A DNA stretch of 64,000 nt, taken from positions 3,676,265 to 3,740,264 of the forward strand of contig CAJINV010000007.1 in NCBI GenBank assembly GCA_905178155.1, read 5' to 3'. Both the position numbers and the translations under genes were made by a program. This DNA is from Amoebophrya sp. A120 (lineage: Eukaryota > Protista > Dinoflagellata). Shown here one piece after another: positions 46,826-58,003 of this stretch. Below the pieces are notes generated by a model. That model ran no database searches and was not told where the DNA came from. It worked only from the letters and a program-made list of their open reading frames with translations. Position 1 is the first letter of the stretch, and every line of letters starts with the position of its first letter.

Positions 46826-49006
46826 ATGCGTCGGTCAGATGCACAACGGTTCGTAGCTGAGCCGGATGTCACCCTGCTAACTTCCAGCGACGCTAGCTAC
46901 AAAAACTCAGCGACTGGACGAGCGAGTTTTGCATCTGCTACTCTCAGCAAGAAGAAGTCCGCCGATGATAACAGAGGCGGGGGCAGGGTAGTTGCCGACA
47001 ATTTTACTGCGGTACAACTAGTAGCAGCTCCAGTGGCCTCGAATTCGATAGATGAAAGCGACGTCCCGCGTGCGCAGTTACTCCGCGCCCTTACAACCGG
47101 GGAGTGCGGAAGCCTGTTTCTGGTGCGACGATCGCATTTTCGAGGAGGTGGACGTCGAGGTAGACCACCACGGATGAAAGAAAACGTTCGGAATCGTGAT
47201 TGGGATCAGGACGATGAGCACCACGAGCTGCAAGTTCTAAAGAAGAAAAAGTACAGCTTTACCGACTTCCACGCAGCTGCACCTTCCTCTTCCTGTCACA
47301 CCTCGGGGCGGCCATCATCCTCGTGCAACACTCACCGTGATCTCTGCACAGAAATTCAAATCCTGGAACGACTCTCGTCTGCTGCAGCAAATGCCGGGAA
47401 ACCGAAACAAGTGGCCACATCTTCATCTACTTCTGCGTCCCAGTGTCTTCATCGAGTCGAAACGAGCGGCCACGGCGTCTTGCTGAAGCAACATCCGAAT
47501 ATCGTGAAATACCGTGGTAGTTTTCTACTACCCGAAAGAACTGCAGAGGAACAGCAAGCCGTAGCAGATCCTTTCGGAATTTCTTTAGCGCAACAAAACA
47601 AAATCTCTTGGCTTTTCTTCGCGCACGAGCCTGCAGATTTGCAGCAGCTCCTGTACCGCAGGACGAAGCCCTTCCGCGAAGAGTTTGCGCTAGAAGTGTT
47701 TGCGCAAGTAGCCAACGCGTTGTGCTTCCTGCACTCGAACAGCTTCGGTTTCCGGATCCAGCACCGAGACGTCAAGTCTGCGAACATCTTGGTCAATTTA
47801 CCGGAAAACCGAGTCCGGCTGACCGACTTCGGTATTTCGGTGCTGGAAGAACAATTTGGCCGCGGGGGACCATCGCAGGTGCATCGGGCTGATCGGGAGG
47901 ACGAAGAGCATGAGAAAGGGGAAGCAACGTACCCGGGAGGCGTAGTGATCCGTCGGAACCACCACGATGTGGAAGTACTAGAAGACGAGTCGTCTGGCCC
48001 TAGAGCACCTCCACGCTTCGTTGGAGTGGAAAAACTGCAGCGTGCACATGACGAATCTGAAGATCCTGATGTAGACCACAATCACACCAAAGTCGTGTCT
48101 GACGACCCCGGCTCTGCAGTCGACGCGGCCATCTCTGCGATTGAGCGCATTGTGTCGCTTTCTGACGAGTTGGAGCTGGATCAAGTCCAAGATGCAGAGC
48201 GAGGCTCGTCCGCTGTCTCCGTCGAAGGTTTCAGTTTCTCTCCAACCACTCTGTCCAGGCGAAGGAGCCGGCAAGTCGTCGAATTTGATTACACTGCTGG
48301 CGAGAATGAATTTTTACCTTCCGCGACGATCGTCAGAGACGTCGAGGTATCTGGGTGTGCTGATAATTTGGTTCCAGCACGACAAGCGACGGAAACACCC
48401 CGCTCCGGCACCTCGAAGCTGCAGCTGGAAGCTACGTTTACCCACATCCCGCCCGAAGTGCTGGAGAAGGGGAACAGTGGGTGGAGTGTGAAGAGCGACG
48501 TGTACCAACTCGGACTGACCTTGTACGAAATGTGCGCCTTAAAGTTGCCGTACGATTTTCATTCCACCACACAGGAACAGGCATCTCCATCTGAACAGAT
48601 GAAAGAGGCTCACTCAACGTCGGCGTCTCCTGGTCAACAGCAACATGCGAGGAGCCAGCAAAAAAATCATGCCAATAATCCTGTCGGCATGAATCTTGGC
48701 GCCTTGACGCTGAGGATCGCCTCTGGAGTTTACGAACCCCTTTGCAAAGATTCCTACTCGGACCGAGTGCATTACGTTGTGCGTCGATTGCTGAAGAGGA
48801 CACCGACAAAACGGCCCAGCGCAACCGAAATTATGCGCTGGATGAAGCGAGAGGAAAGGCCATATGAAGAAGACGCGTTGCACCTTCCAGAATCAGGGAC
48901 TGAGATGGAAAATGCACTTGGTGAGCCAGCATTTTTACGAGGACCGTTGAGAATACACAAAGAAGAAATGACAGCACTTTTGCAGTGCGAGGAGCTGACA
49001 ACATGA
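46826..49006 (+). CDS. Ser/Thr protein kinase, NEK-like, with long insertions
   Basis: HPNIVKYRGSF, IQHRDVKSANIL, LTDFG, TFTHIPPE, KSDVYQLGLTLYEMCALKLPY, KRPSATEI. Confidence 0.88.
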   Translation: MRRSDAQRFVAEPDVTLLTSSDASYKNSATGRASFASATLSKKKSADDNRGGGRVVADNFTAVQLVAAPVASNSIDESDVPRAQLLRALTTGECGSLFLVRRSHFRGGGRRGRPPRMKENVRNRDWDQDDEHHELQVLKKKKYSFTDFHAAAPSSSCHTSGRPSSSCNTHRDLCTEIQILERLSSAAANAGKPKQVATSSSTSASQCLHRVETSGHGVLLKQHPNIVKYRGSFLLPERTAEEQQAVADPFGISLAQQNKISWLFFAHEPADLQQLLYRRTKPFREEFALEVFAQVANALCFLHSNSFGFRIQHRDVKSANILVNLPENRVRLTDFGISVLEEQFGRGGPSQVHRADREDEEHEKGEATYPGGVVIRRNHHDVEVLEDESSGPRAPPRFVGVEKLQRAHDESEDPDVDHNHTKVVSDDPGSAVDAAISAIERIVSLSDELELDQVQDAERGSSAVSVEGFSFSPTTLSRRRSRQVVEFDYTAGENEFLPSATIVRDVEVSGCADNLVPARQATETPRSGTSKLQLEATFTHIPPEVLEKGNSGWSVKSDVYQLGLTLYEMCALKLPYDFHSTTQEQASPSEQMKEAHSTSASPGQQQHARSQQKNHANNPVGMNLGALTLRIASGVYEPLCKDSYSDRVHYVVRRLLKRTPTKRPSATEIMRWMKREERPYEEDALHLPESGTEMENALGEPAFLRGPLRIHKEEMTALLQCEELTT

Positions 49007-49225
49007 GGAAGAGATCGCTATACCATTTGGGTCCTGCACGAAGGGAAGTCGTGATGTTGTTCTTGATTATGTGTTGATCTGTCGTTATCGTCTAATGATG
49101 GCGTGGTCGCCGGGTGCTTTTGAGCGATTATGTGGCATTCAATGTTTTTCGCACTCGCTTGCTTTTTTTTGTGATCTTTCACGGGAAAAAAAAACAATCA
49201 AGTGACTACAACTGCTCATGAGACG

Positions 49226-52200
49226 ATGTCAATCTTTCAGGATCTGCTTCGAAATTGGTGGCTCAGAAGTCGGAGATCCTGCAGACATTTCCTGAAATTA
49301 AGATCGAGAAATAAAAGCGCATTTTGGCATGAACATCGGGCGGAACCGCGTCTCCACCCCGCCGTGTGTGAACAAATAAATCAGGTTCGTCCACCCCGCG
49401 ACGCAGATGTCGCATCTGTTCTACAATCCAGCTTCAGCAGGAGCGGGAGACGCGTTTGTGCTCAGAGAAGACAGTTCCACCGAGTTGGTCTCTGTGGCTG
49501 TCTGCTCGTTTGGCAACATGTTTTTCTCGGTTTGCCGACGTGGTTTCGTCCATTCGATGTTTCCGGCCCGAGGAATGAATACGAACATGGCACCACTGAA
49601 TCAGAAACATGTTCGGCAACGAGACAAAACTCGACATCTGATTGCAGATGCCGTGGTGCCGGCACGAGAAAAGCTGCAGCTACAACAACTCCCGAAGCAG
49701 GGCAGAATAGAGGTCGTCCGAGCTGCTCGAGGGAAAGCAGCGCCAGTGCTCTTCTTGAGACGGGGGACAAGGTCACGAAACAGTGCGATTCACACACCAG
49801 CACCAGGAGGGTCCAGACCACAGCAGCCTTCGCACTTGCACAGAGTGTCGTCGAGCCGTCGCAGTCCCTACCCCCTAGTACAGCGGAAGACTTATCTTCG
49901 CAAAACCTTCTTGACGACAGGAAAACCGACACGCCGAAATACCAGCACAATATTCCGAAGGTCTTTCTGCAGATCTCCCCCTCCTCGGAGGGATACATCT
50001 ACAAATACCACGTGAAGCGCCGGCTCTCCAAAGACTGGAAGTACGTCCACTGGAACGACCGGAAATGCCTAGAATTTATTGTCAAAACCCCGGTCCCCGG
50101 GCTCTTCGAAAACGCGCGCAAGGAGGCGAGTTTGCTGGACTTCCCGTCGATGGAGGAAAAGTACGGCGTTGCCGGCGTGAACGACTACAAAGCCAGTCGG
50201 CTGTATCAGCTCGTGCAGTTTTTCTTGCGGGAAAAATTCATTCAGGGAGCGCATGGGGCCGACTTCTGCCGGATGTACTTCTTGTACATACTATCCACAC
50301 GAAATCATGCACTGTACACTTACACCAAATGCTAGCTAAGTTGAGTGCTGTAGTATCACAAAATTTTTCTAAATCACATTCGGCATGAGGAGGTGAGGTT
50401 GCGCCATTAGGTAGGGAGGTCTTGACAAAATTTTGATTGCGTGCTGTGTCTGTGCGGTGAATTTGGATTTTTGCAATTGCACACATACACGGCGGGGTTT
50501 ACATGGACGTGGACATGATGCTGTACAAAAATATTGATGAACTCATTGCCGCTAGTTCTTCAATATCCTGTGCAAAAGTATCGCACTCGTACTAATTGCA
50601 AACATGCACGACAAATCTTCTTCCCAAGGTAAAACAGCATTACAAATTCGACTTCTCTTCTTGCCAAACTTTGTGATGCAATCTATACTAGTACGATACT
50701 TTTGCAATGCATATTCAACATCCACGAACTCGGGGAACCAGCACTCACCAGAAGCAGCAGAACGACCTGCCCCGCCGCCGGCGCCCCCGTCCCTCGTAGT
50801 TCTGGACGCCTACCGACCGAACAACCGACTGACCGACAACTTGTTTCGTCCAGCAGGAGTGATGAAGAAGAAAATGCTGGCAAATTATGACGAGTCTGGT
50901 GCAACGTCCGCTTCGGATCATGTTGAATCAAACGATTTGCTTTCCGCTTCCAAAACTACACGACCAGATGCCGTGATCAGCAAGCAAGAAACGGAATACA
51001 CCGGTGTCCAGAAGATTTTCTCCAAGGTATACGAGAAAAGCTTGCGGGCAAAAATAAAAGCGCAAGTGGCTCCTGGCGCGGACGTGGTCCTCTCCGATGA
51101 AGACTCAGGCGAAAGAATAGAAACTGTAGAGACGTCAGATACAACTTCTACGGCACCAGGTGGTCCAGCAGTTATACACCGTGCAGCAACCTCCACAAGA
51201 GGAAGATCAACCGCCGGCGAATCCGATGTAGGTGTAGATCATGAGATGACGACGTATTCCAACCTGGCGCGGTCGCTTTTCGAGATCAAAGTGGAAGACT
51301 GCGAAAAGAATCAGCAAACCAGTTTCCTCGCTTTCAAGCCCTTCTTTCCGCCCTTGTTTTGGCTGTATTTCCGGAAGCTATTGGTCGAATTTCTGAACGA
51401 GAACCCGGAGGAAGAGGTTTTGTTCTGTCTCCCACAGGCGATTCTGGAAAGGATGAGACGAGACGGGGTTAGTTACCACGAAAACCACTTTTACGGCAGT
51501 AATACCAACTATGAGGAGGAGGGGGAGGCGGAAGCGCAAGAGAAACAAGACGAGCCTACTGCTACTGGTACTTCAAGGATATTGGCAGATGATGACCAAG
51601 ACCCTCTGCTTCCAGATGGGACCTCGTCCGCGCCGCTTGACATGAGTCGAATATCCCACCTGTATGGCGGCCAGGGCAACATAGTGAAACTGCGGATGTC
51701 CTTCGGTTTGCAAGGCGACAGAGATGCGGACTTACCGGACCGAGACTTCTTCAAAAAACACCTGCCCTGCACGGCGGAAAAGACGAACGGATTCAACATG
51801 ACGGGATTGACGGGATTTTGCCGGAACAACGAGGATCTTCACAGTACCAGACCGACTGCTTCTGCAGAAGACGGCGCACTATTACGACAAGACGAGGAAC
51901 TACAGCAAGAAACGAATACACGCAAGAATCCCCCAGCAGAGAATAACCCCGATTTCAACGTGAAGCGCAATCGTTTTTTGTCTGTTTCAACCAGGACAAG
52001 CAGCTCGCTGATGCGACGGAACGCCACGAGACATCAAGGCCGCAGCTCGACATTATCATCTTCGCAGCCTGCCGCTGCAGAGCTGCAAACCTTCACGACC
52101 ACGTCGATTTTCGAAAGTCCCTTGTGGCGGCGGAATTTTCCCGACGTGACCAACGCGACGCTGATTGACCTGGGCTTCATCGCCGTTGTCCCAAGACACC

Positions 52201-53920
52201 CCGTGATTCTGGAAGTTTTGCAAGACCTGTACCGCACGCGGAGATCGGTGTTAGAAGATGTATGGGACGACGTGTGCACACACAACCTGTTCTTCATGTC
52301 CCTCGTTCTCTAGCTCTATGTGTACGTCTACGACTACGTTCGGACACGCAGGGAGGATCAGCAATAAAGCTGGCACTACAGTGATATCAAGAACTAGCTG
52401 GCCTAGGCTTTGTATGAGAAATCCAAACGCACGAATCTTAGTGTCGCCTGCGGTGCTGCAAAAGCTTGGTCTTGGCAACATGCAAGGAGGTTTAGTGTTG
52501 AGATATGTTGGTAATGGCTGCGCCACTTGCGTCCCTCCATGAGAAATGAAGGATAGGAACGGGACGTCGAGTTGTGCACTCTCATATGGTCCGTCGAAGA
52601 ATTACTGGGTATTCTGCACGAGAATGTGGCACAGCGTGCAGAAATTTCAGAGGATGACGGCTTTGGCTGCGTTGCCGCGCAGCAACAGCAATGGCGGATT
52701 GATGGAGATCACATCGCATGAGCAGGACAACCGGACGCTACAGACTTCCCTTCCGCGTGTAACTCCAGCAGCACGAGAAGAAAACCGTCATCTGCACCTC
52801 CCACAAGCTTGGCACGAAGAGGAGATGCTGGACCAAGATTCGGATATTCCGTGAAAATTAACCAACAACTCCGTTCAATTTGTCATGCAAAACATTGATT
52901 AGTGTAACCTCAAGTCTTAGTTTTGTCATGCGAAAACTGGATGGAACAAACGGAAGAAATTTTCAGTGAATATCGGAGTTGGATTTGAAATACACCCGAC
53001 GGAACAATTATGTCGTCGACGATGTGCCAGTGTATCTGTTGAACCTTCGTTTCAAGAACCTGAACAAAATCGACTACATTTTCAACCCTCAGTGGGCAAC
53101 CGTGCCCGACCTGGCCGTGATACCGGAGAAGCGAAAGTCGACACTGATCACCAACGCGTTGTCCATTGAGGAAATGAAGGAGCGCCAGGAGCGGGCACGG
53201 GAACTGCAGAGACTGGAGGAAGAGGAACAAAACCAAAACGCGGCGAAGCAAAGCCGTTCCTCTAGCGCTGGTGCAGCGGGGGAAAGACTCGTAGAGCCTC
53301 TAGATGTGGACGATGAAGAAACTACCCTGGCTGCTTACCAGGCAGGTGAAAGAAAAACCAGCATCGGCAGTGCGATGCGGAAGATGTTGCGAGCCGCTTC
53401 ACCTCTACTGACCTCTAGTACCAGTGACGCTAATGATCTACCATTGCATCTGCTCCGAGCTACTACGGGCGACAACATCCCAGACCACGTTCCCTCACAC
53501 CAGCATGACATTCTGTCCTACAGCCAGCATTTAGAGCAGCTGAAGCGCGTCTACGGCCCGGCGTCCGCGGTGAGCATCAAGGTGCTCAAGATGCGCGAGG
53601 TGAATACTGTGAACTGCGGTAGTGAGGTGCTGAGTCCGACGATTGGGGCAATTTTCGGTAGGAATTGCAACACGTATTTTGTCGAACAAGAAGATGACGA
53701 CCTTGATGACCCTCGATCAGAACAAATAAATGGTCGCGATGACGAGGCTCCCGTGCGCCAAGTAGGCGTCAAGAAGACGGAAGTCGCTGTGCTGAAGCAT
53801 TTCCACCGCACGAAAGTCCTTCCCGAGCATGAGCTGAAACTTCCGGTTACGGATGTTTTTGCCTATCCGTGGACCAATCGGTCCTTGTTTGAGAGGGAAA
53901 CCACACTGTTGCATGGATAA
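49226..53920 (+). CDS. GT32 (DXD-motif, Och1/Sur1-like) glycosyltransferase, type II membrane
   Basis: Exons 49226-50291, 50489-50563, 50719-52259, 52600-52844, 52978-53920. Motifs NIPKVFLQ, WKYVHWND, ADFCRMYFLYIHGGVYMDVD and GFIAVVPRHPVIL. N-terminal TM segment. Confidence 0.85.
50292..50483. mobile_element. Degenerate introner, family C, 192 bp, TSD CATAC
   Basis: CATAC at 50287-50291 and 50484-50488; starts TATCCACACGAAATC. Removal restores the conserved LYIHGGVYMDVD. No GT-AG option in the TSD register. Confidence 0.85.
50564..50713. mobile_element. Introner/MITE, family A, 150 bp, TSD TTCAA
   Basis: Left TATCCTGTGCAAAAGTATCGCACTCGTACTA; right TAGTACGATACTTTTGCAATGCATA. TTCAA at 50559-50563 and 50714-50718. 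Removal is in frame. Confidence 0.95.
52845..52972. mobile_element. Introner/MITE, family C, 128 bp, TSD TCGGA
   Basis: TATTCCGTGAAAATT and AATTTTCAGTGAATA ends. TCGGA at 52840-52844 and 52973-52977. Removal gives QDSELDLKY. Confidence 0.93.
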
Positions 53921-54847
53921 ACTATTTCTACTAGATGTGGTCGTCAGAGGGGAGGCGATAGAAGCACCATATTTTGCACCTGTGTGCAAGGTTTGTCGTT
54001 GAAATATACCAGCAAGAGAGTAATTACGCATCCATTTGGAGGTTCTCGTCGTGGTGGAGCCTGCGAGTACTCTAGTGAAAGCAATGGAACAGCAGCCGAC
54101 AGGGCACAAAAAACCGCAATAATGTGTCCCTGTTGGTGTCAAATTTCTTTGTTTATCCGTATCAATCATAATTTTCACGCTCGCTTCGCAAGTAGTTCCT
54201 GGCGTCGGAGAATTGGAAGTGTTGAGCATGTTGCTCGCAGTAGTTCTTGTGTCCTCCCCTCGTCGTTCGGGTCGTTTCTCGGGTCGTCTCAAGTGTAAGT
54301 TTAGTTCTACTTCCACTAAGAGGGTGCTCCTCCATTGAATCGTAATCAAGGGAGTAAGGCTGATCTTCATCGTGATCGTGTTGACAAAATTAATATTAAA
54401 ATACTTAGAAATAAATAGACTCGTCGTGTGGAGCCAATAGTTCGTCGACTGGTGGTGCTCGTGGTCGTCAGTCATCGTCATCGACATAAAAATATCGGGG
54501 CTTCGTTTAGGTTTCAATCGATGATCGTCGAAAAAAGAAGGGACAAATTTCTGTATAAAAACGGAATTTTATGCTGTAGTTTTCAAACTTCGAAAAGACG
54601 TCGAAAAAGAAAGGTTAAGGCGGATGAACTACTGTAGTACTGCTGCAGTACTTCTACTTCTTTAGTACATCCCCCATTCCGACAGACTACTAAAACTTCA
54701 TGCATTTTGTAATGCAGCTGATGAACCACCTGGTGCAGGGCCCGGTCATTGCTTACCAAAACTTGTTTGAAGATGAAGTAATAGCACTACACAACGTAGG
54801 CTTAGCTGGTTCTTTCTTGACAATTTCTAGTTCTGTTGCAAACAACT

Positions 54848-55857
54848 ATGCGCATCATGCCGGGCGTGCATAATTCCACCTCGTCGTCGTCTCGCGCCGC
54901 GAAAGGCTTCGGAAACAGGGCCGCCGCGCGTTCTTGCGGTAATATCAACCGTGCGGGCCGTGTCGCTGTGTTGCTGTTGACCGGAACGACGAACAACCTC
55001 GGAACTGCATACGAACAGAAGAAGAAAAGGAAGAACACAAACACCGAGTCGGGGGGTGTGGTGGACAGCGTGAAGAAACAGGCGAGGGAGATCGACACCA
55101 AGATCGGCGCTTCTAAAAAGATGAAGGAAGCTTCCGAAAGCATCAAGAGGTTCGACGAACGAAACCTCGGTATTGCCAAACGAATGAAGGAGTGGCAGAA
55201 AAAGATGCCTACCTTGCAGTGGCCTACGAAGGAGGGCATGGGTAAGAGGATCCAAGAGGCGAAGACGAAGATCCAAAACTGGGGGAAACAGGTCAGGAAC
55301 ATCGATGTGAGAAAAACGATCGCGAGTTGGAAGGAGCGGGCAAAAGGCATATGATGTGTAAATATGTCTGGGTCAAGACAAACAGCGCGGCTGTTTGTCA
55401 ACCAGCTTTTCTTGGATCAAAGTCAATCACATGGTCTTGAAAAGCATCACAGGCTTTGCGAATGCTTTTGCTGGTCTTGTCCTTGTGCAATACCCGTTTT
55501 TTCGCATCATGACATGCATCCTAGCAAGAAGTAGAGTATCGCAACTTCTTCTTTAATTTAGCGTGGGGGGTCAGGCACCTCATTGCACTCATTTTTTTTG
55601 TTCTGCATGGTCCTGACGCAACAAGCATCGCAAATGTGAATCTTTTGCTTTCGAGATGACGCAGACACAACTTTTGCAATGCATAGAGCCTGAACCTCAA
55701 GTCGTTGAGCGATGGGATGCGTGCTCTGAAGGACAAGGTCACAAACATGAAGTTTCCCGGTTGGCCCAGCACGACCACGTCCAGCGGTACTACGATCTAC
55801 TTGCTTCATGGTAATTCTTCATCGGTCTTTCTATCGAATTGTCGATGTTTAGACTGA
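54848..55857 (+). CDS. Hypothetical Lys-rich amphipathic-helix repeat protein (3' end uncertain)
   Basis: Exons 54848-55349 and 55691 onward join in frame across introner 55350-55685. Repetitive segments KRMKEWQKK, KIQNWGKQ and ASWKERAK continue as MRALKDKVTNMKFPGWP. Confidence 0.5.
55350..55685. mobile_element. Introner, family A/B hybrid end, 336 bp, diverged flanks AGGCA/GAGCC
   Basis: Left TATGATGTGTAAATATGTCTGGGTCA; the right end reverse-complements to TATGCATTGCAAAAGTTGTGTCTGCGTCA. Removing the element plus 5 bp is in frame. Confidence 0.78.
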
Positions 55858-57249
55858 AATTTTTGTTGGTGAACGAATCACTCGAGAAATAAGATCAGAA
55901 GATGAGAGTATTGCAGAAGGATAGACAAGAACTTCTTACGCGAAAGAACAACTCATTGATAACCTCACATACAGCGAGCGGATCATCCACATCCTCCGTG
56001 CATCGCCGCACGGGCGGCAACGTCAGAGGCAGCAAGAAGAAGCGCGGCGGCTCCCGCTCGTCGTAGCGCGGCTCGAACCTCCGCTCCAAAAATCTACCTG
56101 CTTTTCTTCGAGGATTTATTTCGTAGAACAATGTACTTTTTGTTTTTGTTTTTCAGACAAACATGAAATTGACGACCCGGAAAGTAGTTGCGACTACAAC
56201 TTCAATATAAGCATCTTCGTGATCATTCGGGAAGGTCTTGATCTCGTTTGAATCGTGACAAAAACGGAATCAACCATAGCCCGTTGTACAATAACATAGC
56301 TTGAACAAGACGGTCCCACTGTTCATCAAGGTTCTGCTACAAGGCCGCAGCTTATGTCGCGTAGTGGGAGGGTGAACGAGTGGACAGGGGGGAAAGAAAA
56401 ACGCCAGAGGGTGGGCAAGGGAAAAAATTTTTGATGCAGGGCGGGGCCAGGCATCTGCGCCGCTTCTTGCTGCCAGAACGTAGGCGGGGCGCCATGGCGC
56501 CCGTGGCTCCAGTCTCTGCGCGAGCGCGAGGACCTCACCCGCATGGGCGTGCATTTGCGTGGCGGCAAGTTTTAGGCCCAAGCAACGAACAACGCAAAGC
56601 GCGGTAGCGGGCGGGCGCCAGTGGGCGGGCGGAGGAAGCAGGGGAACAGTCCGCGCCATGCGAGGCGTTGGCGCGTGACGCCATGCCCGCGCGTTTGCGG
56701 CGTGGCCCGTTCGCGCCGCCTGCCTTTGCGCCCCGGTTGTCCCTGCGCGCCTTGGTGCCCCCCGCGCCCTTCCCCCGCGCGCAGCCTCGCAGAGCGGGGG
56801 GCCCTGCCGCGCGCGTGGATGGAGGCAGCACGGGCGCCGGGGCGGGGCACCCCCCAGGCGCAGGGGCCCACCACCCTTCCCCAGCACCCCCGGACAACAG
56901 CGGCGCCCCCCGCGTTAGCCCGCATGCAGTAATCTGCTCCGCCCCCGCCTGCTAGCCTCGCGCGCACCCACCGCCCAAGACAGAGGCGGCGGACGGTGGC
57001 GCCCTCTGCCGGCCTCCGCGTGAGGTGGCGCCCTCTGCCGGCCTCCTCGTTTGGAGTGAGCGGAAGGAGGGCGCCGGGGGAGGGTGGTGGGCAGCTGCCC
57101 GCCTGCAAACCTGGTGCCGGGGCGCGGCTTTCCCTTCGCGAACAGAGGGGGGGCGTCGGGGGAGGGTGGTGGGCAGCTGCTCGCCTGGGGCTTGGCCGCC
57201 GGCGGCGTTACCCGTGCCCCCCGCCTTCTTTGCGCCCCCCGCCCGCCCG

Positions 57250-58003
57250 TGTTTCCATCCCGTTATCCCCGTGTTTCCCGGTTCGCCGTGCTTCCCGCTT
57301 TCCCCGTGCTTCCCGCCTTCCCCGTTCTCCCCGCCGTCCCCGTGCCTCCCGCCCTTCTCGTGCTTCCCTCTTTCCCCGTGTTTCCCTCTTTCCCCGTGCT
57401 TCCCGTTTTCCCTATGCTTCCCGCTTTCGCCGTTCTTCCCGTCTTCCCCGTTCTTCCCGCCTTCCCCGTGCCCCCCGCGCGCCTTTCTCGTGCTTCCCGC
57501 TTTTCCCGTGCTCCCCGCTTTCCTCGTGTTTCCCGCCTTCCCTATGCTCCCCGCCTTCCCTATGCTTCCCGCCTTCCCTATGCTTCCCGCTTTCCCCGTG
57601 CTTCCCGCTTTCCCTATGCTTCCCGCCTTCCCTGTGCTTCCCGTCTTCCCTATGCTTCCCGCTTTCCCCGTGCTTCCCGCTTCCCGCGTGCCCCCCGCTT
57701 TCCCCGTGTCTCCCGCCTCCGCCGTGCTTCCCGCTTTCCCCTGGCTTGCCGTTTTCCCCGTGCTTCCCGCTTTCCCCGTGCTGCCCGCTTTCCCCGTGTT
57801 TCCCGCTTTTTACCGCTTTCCCCGTGCTTCCCGTTTTCCCCGTGCTTCCCGCTTTCTCCGTGAATGCTTCCCGCTTTCTCCGTGAGTGCTTCCCGCTTTC
57901 CCCGTGCTTCCCGCTTTCCCCGTGCTTCCCGCTTTCCCCGTGCTTCCCGCTTTCCCCGTGCTTCCCGCTTTCCCCGTGCTTCCCGCTTTCCCCCTGCTTC
58001 CCG
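57250..58003. repeat. 18-bp minisatellite (CCCGCTTTCCCCGTGCTT)n
   Basis: About 40 units, degenerate at the 5' side and near-perfect at 57889-57990; almost A-free on the + strand. Confidence 0.95.

Noticed and set aside
1346-55685. Elements as ciliate-type internal eliminated sequences
   Set aside because: Standard genetic code, GC-rich genes and variable 5-bp TSDs rather than TA boundaries; no sign of a ciliate germline. DNA-level excision cannot be formally excluded without data.
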